Of a stretch of DNA of 32,000 nt, positions 20,716 through 27,482 are shown one piece after another. Under the pieces are notes generated by a model that made no database searches, was not told the origin of the DNA, and saw only the letters and a program-made list of their open reading frames with translations. This DNA is from Pirellula staleyi DSM 6068 (lineage in GTDB: Bacteria; Planctomycetota; Planctomycetia; Pirellulales; Pirellulaceae): contig CP001848.1 of the NCBI GenBank assembly GCA_000025185.1, forward strand, positions 3,270,001 through 3,302,000, read 5' to 3'. Within the stretch, counting starts at the first letter, position 1. The number at the start of each line of letters is the position of its first letter. Made by a program: the position numbers and the translations under genes.

Positions 20716-23700
20716 ATGCCTCGCTTCGAGCTTTCCGTTTCGCGCTATTGGTGGATGCTGCTCGCGCTCGTGGGGTTCGTAGCACTCGCTTGCTCCGCGA
20801 GCACTGCGTCGGCTCAAGACGAGGACGACGAGACTCTCGATCCATGGCTCCCCGGGCTACTCGCTAAATACAGTGTCGATGCGAAGTCGGCGGTCCGAGT
20901 GGAGTCGAATCTCTCGCTCGTATGGCCCGAGAAACGAGTCGACGCGCGATTGCCTGCAGCTGATTTCACCGCGATCTATTCCGGTCATCTCCTTGCGCAA
21001 GGCAACGGCAACTATCAGTTCGAGGCCTATGTTCGTGGCGATGTAAAAATCATCGTGGCTGGCAAAACGGTGCTAGAAGGTTTAAGCCCGAAACCGGCCT
21101 GGATCGCGGGACAGCCGATCGAACTGTCTTTTGATCATCATCCAATCACCATCGAGTATCGATCATCCGGTGAGAATCCGGAACTGAGACTTTTTTGGCG
21201 TGGTCCTCAGTTTGCACTCGAGCCAATTCCACCCCGGTTTCTCTTTCACGATCGAACGCAGCATCCTCCGCTCGAACTCAAGCGTGGCGAGTCGCTGGCG
21301 CACGCGCTGCGCTGTGGTGCATGTCATCGCGATGAGCTGGCAACTGCAGATGCATCGATTCCCGCTCCTTCACTTAAGGAGCAGCTGGCATGGCTCCAGG
21401 CCGACTGGATCGTCCAGCATTTGTTGCAAAAACCCGCACGCGATTCTCAGCTCGAATCGCGTCGTATGCCGCAGTTTGCAATCTCCGAAAAGGAAGCAAA
21501 CTTGCTGGCTCGTTGGCTAACGAATGTCGAAAGCTCGGATGAGAAAGCAGAGGTCGAAACGCCACCGCCGAGTAATCCTCAACCATCAACAACCCAAGAA
21601 ACTCCCGCCAAACCTAGGCCGAGCAAAGAGCAAGGGGAACTGCTGATCGCATCGCTCGGTTGCTTAGCATGTCATCATCGTGGCGAACTTGGTCAGGCTG
21701 GTATTTGGGGCGGAACATCGCTCGACGATGTTGCCAAAAAACGTCCCGCAAACTTCGTCGCTACTTGGCTCTCCGATCCATCGAAGGTCAATCGAAATCA
21801 TCGCATGCCAGTGTTCGATCTATCGTCCGACGAGATCAGCTCGATCAGTAAGGCGCTTAGTAAATCGCCTGTAGCAGAGCCGAAATCATTACCGCTCGAC
21901 GACAAACAGAAGGCAGAAGCAATTGCACTAGCGACCAAGTATCGCTGCCACCTTTGTCACGAATTGCCAAGCACTCCGGCACCTTTCGATGCACAAGCGG
22001 TGAAGCCGCTTTCCAAGACGACCGACTGGAAGCGCAGCTGCGCTAGTCTTCCAGATAGCTCGGGCGACAAGCCTGCCTATGGAGTGGCTCGCGAGGATGC
22101 GGAGGCTATAGCCGCCTGGTATTCATCGCGCGATCCGTCGTTCGCGATGTCGATAACAACGGGGGAACTCCTCCTCCAGCGCAGCAATTGTTTGGCCTGT
22201 CACCAGCGCGAAGGGATCGACCGAAGTAGCTGGCAGCTGACGCATTCCTTGGCCGAGAAACTATCCGCGATCACCGAAGCGTATGCCCAGTTGCCAGCGA
22301 TTCCGATACTAACGCCCCCGGCACTCAACAGCGTGGGTGATAAGTTTCACGAACAAGCACTCACTGCTGTGATCCGTCGACAAGATCGGCCGCATCGCCC
22401 CTATTTAGCAGTGCGCATGCCACGTTTTCCACTCGCCGCCAGCGAGCTTACGCATTTGACGGCGCACCTCATCTCGGCCGATCGAATTCCAGATCGTGCG
22501 AGCGAGTATCTCATCGAGCAGCATTCGCCGAGCACGGTGAAAGTTGCTGGCAGTCGGCTCGTCACCACCGATGGGTTTGGTTGTACCAGTTGCCATCAAG
22601 TCGGATCGGTGCTCCCTGCCAATGCGCCAGCCAATGCCCGCGGCCCCAGTCTTTCGATGCTGGATTCCCGAATTCGTCGTGATTGGTTTGATCGCTGGGT
22701 CCGAAATCCGCAACGGATTGTTCCGCGCATGGAGATGCCTTCAGTCCAGCTGGCGGTGAAGGGGGTGCTCAACGATCACTTGCCTTCGCAACTCGACGCA
22801 GTCTGGAAAGCCCTCAATCAAGAGGGTTTTGAGCCACCACTTCCCAACCCGGTGCGCACGCTCCGTTTGAGTGGCACCACGACGGAAAAACCGCTCGTAC
22901 TCACGGATGTAATCGAGCTCGATAAATCGTTTGGCCGCGATAAGCCGCTAGTTCGTCCGTTCGCTGTTGGGTTTTCGAACCGGCACAACTTAGTTTTCGA
23001 TCTTGCAGCAGGCTCTCTACTCGATTGGCGAAGTGGCGATCTCGCGCGACAACGAACACGCGGTAAAACGTGGTACTGGGAACTCGCTGGAGCCAGCCTC
23101 GTGAAACCACGACTTTCTGGAAGTGAGTTTGCACTGCTGATTGACGGAAAAAAACTCCTTCCGTCACAGCAGTCCGATGGTGTGATGCGGCTTGAGTCGT
23201 GGGAGATGCGCGATGAAGGAACACTCTCGCTCAGCACCACACTCTTGTGGGAACCAGATCCCCTCGAGGGCTCTCCAAAAGATCTGCGAAACTTTGTCCC
23301 CCTCGCTCAGTATTTCGAGCCTCGCCCCGCGCTCCAGGGAACAACCGGTATTCGTCGCACGCTTCATGCAGCAGGAATTCCTGATTGGGCTGAACTAGTG
23401 ATGCAGCTGATCGATCCAGCGATCGCAGCAAAAGCGAAGTTCGATCCCGATCATGGTCGTTTAGCACTTCCCGAAAGCGAATGCTATTTGGAAATTGTGC
23501 AGCAGCGTGAGGGACGAAGTCGTGCCGAGTATCGCGCCGATGGTGCGCTAGTCGTGAAGCCTGTCGATGGTATCGTTGATGTTACCATCGATTATGTGAC
23601 GACCACGGCAATCGATCTTTATCCCGGCGCAGGCAGCGAGAGCTTTCCGGTCGAGGCTGCCCAGGTGGAAGTCGCAACCGGTTTGCAGGCAGAGCGTTTG

Positions 23701-25059
23701 CCTTTGTGGGGCGATATCATGCCGACCGCGATCGCTTACGACGAAGCTGGACGCATGCACTTCGCGTCGCTCAAAGGACAGGTCTTCGCAGCTGTCGACA
23801 ACGACGGCAATGGAAGTGAAGACACACTCGAGCTACTGGCCGACGGACTTCCCGCTCCTTACGGAATTGCAGTCGAGCCCAGCCGCGTGCTGGTGCTTGC
23901 GAAGTATGGTCTCGTGGCATTGCATCACCGGGTATCGAGGGAGCGCTTGTCGAAGTTCAGCATTGCCGCTTCGGGCTGGGGCTATACGGCCGACTATCAC
24001 GACTGGGCTGTGGGACTTCCGAGCAACGGTCGTGGTGGCTATTTCGTGGCAATTCCTTGTCAGCAAGATAAGCGTTCTGCCAGTGAAGCTCGCTTGCGTG
24101 GCAAGTTCCTCGAACTATTGCCGCGTGATCCCACGGAAGATGACCCTTCTCGATTTGCGATTCGTGTGATGAGTGCTGGGCACCGATTTCCGATGGGCCT
24201 CGCGCGGTCGTCGCAGGGAGAGATCTTCGTTACTGATAACCAAGGGAACTACAACCCGTTCAACGAGCTGAATCATGTGGAGCAAGGTTCGCACTTTGGC
24301 TTTGTGAACTCGCTCGAGAAAGAAGCCAAAACGCCAGTTCCACTCCTGAAGGCTCCTGCCATCGACATTCCTCATCCGTGGACCCGAAGTGTCAACGGTA
24401 TTACATTTCTCGAAACGCCCGCCAAGCTCAAGGCCGAGAAGGGGAGCCTGTTTGGTCCATGGGAAGGGCATCTCGTCGGCTGTGAGTACGACACGCGACG
24501 ACTGATTCGGATGTCGCTCGAGAAGATCGATGGTGTGTTTCAAGGAGCCGCTTATCCCCTTAGCGGCGTGGCAGGAGAAAACGGCTTGTTGGGTCCTGTC
24601 GTTGCGACAATCAGTCCCGCTGGAGAACTGGTGGTGGGCAACTTGCGCGATAGTGGGTGGGGCGCCGGGAATAACATCGGCGACATCACGAAAATCAAGA
24701 TCGATCCCAATCAGCTCCCCGCAGGTGTCGCTGAAGTAACGATTGACTCGCAAGGTTTTCGTATCGCTTTTACGAAACCGGTGGATGCCGCTAAAGCGAC
24801 CGACGTGAAGTCCTACACCATCAGCCACTATCGACGCGTCAGTACACCGGCCTATGGCGGCGCTGATATCGATCGTCGTGATGTTACGCCGCTCTCGGCG
24901 ACACTTAGCGACGATCGTCGTAGTGTGCTGCTGCAGCTTTCGAAGTTAGAAACCGGTGTGGTGTACGAGATTCAGCTGAAGAATCTCACCACCAGTGGGA
25001 AGGACGAATTCTTTCCCGCCGAGGCCCACTATACCGTTCGCAAATTACCGCCCAAGTAG
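20716..25059 (+). CDS. Secreted PA14 domain / pentahaem c-type cytochrome / dehydrogenase-like beta-propeller protein (Pirellula-Verrucomicrobium type)
   Basis: The start is ATG 20716, giving MPRFELSVSRYWWMLLALVGFVALACSASTASA (signal peptide). A PA14-like segment follows (YSGHLLAQGNGNYQFEAYVRGDVKIIVAGK...ELRLFWRGPQF). There are five CxxCH sites: 21313, 21661, 21946, 22189 and 22582. Four are followed by an RMP-like distal Met motif (RRMPQF, HRMPVF, VRMPRF, PRMEMP). The C-terminus contains propeller-like blocks (DNDGNGSEDT, FVTDNQGNYNPFNELNHVEQGSHFGF) and a terminal beta-sandwich-like segment. Confidence 0.85.
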   Translation: MPRFELSVSRYWWMLLALVGFVALACSASTASAQDEDDETLDPWLPGLLAKYSVDAKSAVRVESNLSLVWPEKRVDARLPAADFTAIYSGHLLAQGNGNYQFEAYVRGDVKIIVAGKTVLEGLSPKPAWIAGQPIELSFDHHPITIEYRSSGENPELRLFWRGPQFALEPIPPRFLFHDRTQHPPLELKRGESLAHALRCGACHRDELATADASIPAPSLKEQLAWLQADWIVQHLLQKPARDSQLESRRMPQFAISEKEANLLARWLTNVESSDEKAEVETPPPSNPQPSTTQETPAKPRPSKEQGELLIASLGCLACHHRGELGQAGIWGGTSLDDVAKKRPANFVATWLSDPSKVNRNHRMPVFDLSSDEISSISKALSKSPVAEPKSLPLDDKQKAEAIALATKYRCHLCHELPSTPAPFDAQAVKPLSKTTDWKRSCASLPDSSGDKPAYGVAREDAEAIAAWYSSRDPSFAMSITTGELLLQRSNCLACHQREGIDRSSWQLTHSLAEKLSAITEAYAQLPAIPILTPPALNSVGDKFHEQALTAVIRRQDRPHRPYLAVRMPRFPLAASELTHLTAHLISADRIPDRASEYLIEQHSPSTVKVAGSRLVTTDGFGCTSCHQVGSVLPANAPANARGPSLSMLDSRIRRDWFDRWVRNPQRIVPRMEMPSVQLAVKGVLNDHLPSQLDAVWKALNQEGFEPPLPNPVRTLRLSGTTTEKPLVLTDVIELDKSFGRDKPLVRPFAVGFSNRHNLVFDLAAGSLLDWRSGDLARQRTRGKTWYWELAGASLVKPRLSGSEFALLIDGKKLLPSQQSDGVMRLESWEMRDEGTLSLSTTLLWEPDPLEGSPKDLRNFVPLAQYFEPRPALQGTTGIRRTLHAAGIPDWAELVMQLIDPAIAAKAKFDPDHGRLALPESECYLEIVQQREGRSRAEYRADGALVVKPVDGIVDVTIDYVTTTAIDLYPGAGSESFPVEAAQVEVATGLQAERLPLWGDIMPTAIAYDEAGRMHFASLKGQVFAAVDNDGNGSEDTLELLADGLPAPYGIAVEPSRVLVLAKYGLVALHHRVSRERLSKFSIAASGWGYTADYHDWAVGLPSNGRGGYFVAIPCQQDKRSASEARLRGKFLELLPRDPTEDDPSRFAIRVMSAGHRFPMGLARSSQGEIFVTDNQGNYNPFNELNHVEQGSHFGFVNSLEKEAKTPVPLLKAPAIDIPHPWTRSVNGITFLETPAKLKAEKGSLFGPWEGHLVGCEYDTRRLIRMSLEKIDGVFQGAAYPLSGVAGENGLLGPVVATISPAGELVVGNLRDSGWGAGNNIGDITKIKIDPNQLPAGVAEVTIDSQGFRIAFTKPVDAAKATDVKSYTISHYRRVSTPAYGGADIDRRDVTPLSATLSDDRRSVLLQLSKLETGVVYEIQLKNLTTSGKDEFFPAEAHYTVRKLPPK

Positions 25060-25068
25060 CCAGCGCTC

Positions 25069-25548
25069 TTAAGTCTGTTCGAGCGAGAAGGTGCTGAAGG
25101 CAACATCCTTGAGCAATCGTTTTTGCAGCACGCGATTGATCGAGAGGACCATTTCGCTCTTCAAAAAGGCCAGGCTCGGGTCTGCGAGTTGCTCGGTCTC
25201 GACGCGCTGAACCAGTCCGATCACCGAGTCGCGAATTCGTTTTTCGTAAGCTGGCAGCGAGGCTGTAATCTCTTCCTGTGAATCTTCGGGGAGCACTCCG
25301 TAGAGCTCGAACGAAACCATCAGCACCCCGTCGGGCGTGGCGTGACTGACCCGAAATTTGCCGAGCGATAGTTCGACGTAGTGCTTCGGGTCATGACGCC
25401 GCTGCTGTTCTTCCAGTAGATCGAGCAACTCTGCAGGAGCCATCGCTGGTTGAGCAGGGGCCGATGAACCGCAGCCAGCTAGGCCTACAACGCTTGTCGC
25501 GAGCAGCAGTGTCCAGCTGATGTTTCGAAGATTGAAAAAAGTGAGCAT
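25069..25548 (-). CDS. Lipoprotein with FliL-like (flagellar basal-body-associated FliL family) domain
   Basis: Lipobox LLLATSVVGLAGC. The mature part, HYVELSLGKFRVS...LMVSFELYGVLPEDSQEEI...YEKRIRDSVIGLV...EQLADPSLAFLKSEMVLSINRVL...LKDVAFSTFSLEQ, follows the FliL pattern. That pattern is y-v-l-f-v-N, an alternating strand, e-l-p-iRd, eL-G-LK-ei-in, and dV-ft-F. The family call is by eye only. Confidence 0.65.
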   Translation of the reverse strand: MLTFFNLRNISWTLLLATSVVGLAGCGSSAPAQPAMAPAELLDLLEEQQRRHDPKHYVELSLGKFRVSHATPDGVLMVSFELYGVLPEDSQEEITASLPAYEKRIRDSVIGLVQRVETEQLADPSLAFLKSEMVLSINRVLQKRLLKDVAFSTFSLEQT

Positions 25549-25594
25549 GGTGACAGATCTTGATCGTTCGCGAAAACGGCTTGATATTCGTCCT

Positions 25595-25631
25595 TAAAAA
25601 TCTAGCTCGCCCCTTAGGAGAAGCTATCGAT
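25595..25631 (-). terminator. Weak candidate intrinsic terminator downstream of paralogue B
   Basis: The minus strand reads ATC(GA)TAGCT-N14-AGCTAGAT followed by TTTTTAAGG. The stem is A/T-rich and bulged, so support is low. Confidence 0.3.
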
Positions 25632-25728
25632 CTAGCGATGCCGTTGGTGCGGAGCGTAGCGATTATTCAGGCAAATATTTGATGGAGCTGGCAGGACGAA
25701 AGGAAGGAGGTAATTCAGCGACCAACGC

Positions 25729-27339
25729 TTACTCGGGAGATGCAGCCGCACGAACGTCGTAAAGTGGTTGATGCCGGTAGTAAACCTCGAGGATCATGGT
25801 GGCGAGTGCTGTATCGCAAAGACGTCCACCAGCTGTCGTGTGGGGGTCGGCAAAGTACCAACTTCCTAGCTCGTGTCCATCGCTTGCTTGCGACTGCGTT
25901 AAGTGATCGCGCAGCGTGTTGTTCCAGTCGCTCCACTTCTCGTGGTGCAAGTGATGTAGCACTTGTGTGGCATAGTAGTTGAAGTACATGTCGTCGCGCG
26001 AAGGACCTAGCGACACTAGCATCTTGGCACCACGCTGCAGCCGCTCGTCATCGCGTCGCCAACCTTCGTACATGCGGCAGAGGAGCCCAACCGCCGTGCA
26101 GGTGGGATGAGGCTCGCGACCTTGATAGCCGAACTCGGCACCACCGCGTGAACTGCAGTGATCGAAAAAGCTGCTCGTGCGGACCAGCGTTGTTTCGGGA
26201 ATGGAGAGTCCGGCTAGTTCGCCACTACGTAGTGCCATCCGTTGCCAGCCGGTCACGAGCGTGTCCCCCGGTTGTCCGGGAAAATAACGCCAGCCGCCAC
26301 GAAAATGCTGGTTGCTGGTGATAAACCGAATCGATTGACTTGCGGGATCGAGCAGCTGGTCGTCGTGCGTCATCGCCAGAAGTTCGCACAGGACGATGGT
26401 CGCGAGACCATGACCGTACATCGTTCCCTCTTGCAGATCGAGTCCACGCGAAGTGAGCGATCCACGCTCGAGCAGGTAGGTAACGCCCCGAGTAACTTGC
26501 TCTTGATAGGGACCGCTTTGGTGCGTGTTTCCCGCCCCGAGAAATGGAAGTAGTGCCAGCGCAGTCGCTGCTGTTGTCGACCGGTCGGAGCCTTCATCGC
26601 GACATTGCCCACGGCACTCGCCTCGATGATGGTGAAAGTTCCAGCTTCCATCGCTCAGTTGATGCACGGCGAGCCAGGCAAGTGCTCGCTCGACAGCGCG
26701 TTCGCTTTGGGGTGTGCCGCCGAATCGATCGACCAGCGGCCCGCGCGCCGACTCCGTTCTCCCTGCGAGACCTCCGCCCGTGGGAAGGTTGGTAAGCTCT
26801 CCCAGCGACTCATGCGGCTGAAAGAGTGTGGCGTCGAGCGCCGCTGAGATCTCGGGGCGATACGACTCGGCTCCTGCAAGTACCGAAGGAATATCGAGTG
26901 GCAGCGTGGTGAGTGCAGGGCTCTCCAGGAGATCGGCCTCCAGTGGTAAGCCAGCGGGCGTGTCGAGTGGTGGTGGCTTGAGCGTGAATTCGATTGGTGG
27001 TTGCTCTTGCTCGACGACCATCGGCAGCGATCGCTCAAACTCAATTGCAATCGTGCGATCGCTTGGCGTCGGTGCGGTCGCTGCCAGATGCAAGCGAGCC
27101 CCTGTAATCACGATCGCCAGATGTGCGAAGCTGCTGAGCAAAATTGCCCACAGTCGGACTTGCGTTTGCCAAGTAGTGAGACGCGAATCGCCTGTTTTGC
27201 CACGCGCACGACCGACCGATAGCACAAACGAAGTGCGCTTGGCGGCTCGAGTTGGCGAAGTGACAGTCATGCGAATCGTCATGGTCGTAGTGATTGTCAG
27301 GTCTCTACGAGCAAGCGATGCGCGCAGGAGCTGGCGCAA
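25729..27339 (-). CDS. TM-anchored protein with C-terminal QW-repeat prenyltransferase/squalene-cyclase-like (alpha/alpha-toroid) domain, paralogue B
   Basis: One TM helix (LWAILLSSFAHLAIVITG), a Pro/acidic linker, then ALAWLAVHQLSDGSWNF, ALLPFLGAGNTH, MYGHGLATIVLCELLAMTHD, GGWRYFPGQPGDTLVTGWQRMAL, GLLCRMYEGW, MYFNYYATQV and ATMILEVYYRHQPLY. The start is uncertain: TTG 27339, ATG 27282 or ATG 27270. Confidence 0.85.
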   Translation of the reverse strand: MRQLLRASLARRDLTITTTMTIRMTVTSPTRAAKRTSFVLSVGRARGKTGDSRLTTWQTQVRLWAILLSSFAHLAIVITGARLHLAATAPTPSDRTIAIEFERSLPMVVEQEQPPIEFTLKPPPLDTPAGLPLEADLLESPALTTLPLDIPSVLAGAESYRPEISAALDATLFQPHESLGELTNLPTGGGLAGRTESARGPLVDRFGGTPQSERAVERALAWLAVHQLSDGSWNFHHHRGECRGQCRDEGSDRSTTAATALALLPFLGAGNTHQSGPYQEQVTRGVTYLLERGSLTSRGLDLQEGTMYGHGLATIVLCELLAMTHDDQLLDPASQSIRFITSNQHFRGGWRYFPGQPGDTLVTGWQRMALRSGELAGLSIPETTLVRTSSFFDHCSSRGGAEFGYQGREPHPTCTAVGLLCRMYEGWRRDDERLQRGAKMLVSLGPSRDDMYFNYYATQVLHHLHHEKWSDWNNTLRDHLTQSQASDGHELGSWYFADPHTTAGGRLCDTALATMILEVYYRHQPLYDVRAAASPE

Positions 27340-27394
27340 AAGTTTAGGTCAGAGAATGTGCGCGTCGCTCGAAGAAAGGCCTAGCTCGGCGCAT

Positions 27395-27430
27395 GAAAAA
27401 AGCCCTGCGAGGCATGGTGCATCGCAGGGC
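27395..27430 (-). terminator. Canonical rho-independent terminator between paralogue A and paralogue B
   Basis: The minus strand reads AGCCCTGCGA-TGCACCATGCC-TCGCAGGGCT followed by TTTTTC. The stem is a perfect GC-rich 10 bp with an 11-nt loop and a U-tract. It lies 52 nt after the stop of gene A. Confidence 0.75.
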
Positions 27431-27482
27431 TTGGTTTGATCGAATCTGTCGAAATCGCGGACTGAGTGTGCTGAGCCGTCGT

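Noticed and set aside
26025-26039. Sigma-54-like TGGCAC-N5-TGCA
   Set aside because: The GG-to-GC spacing is off by one relative to the consensus. The site lies inside a coding region and on the strand opposite to the gene.
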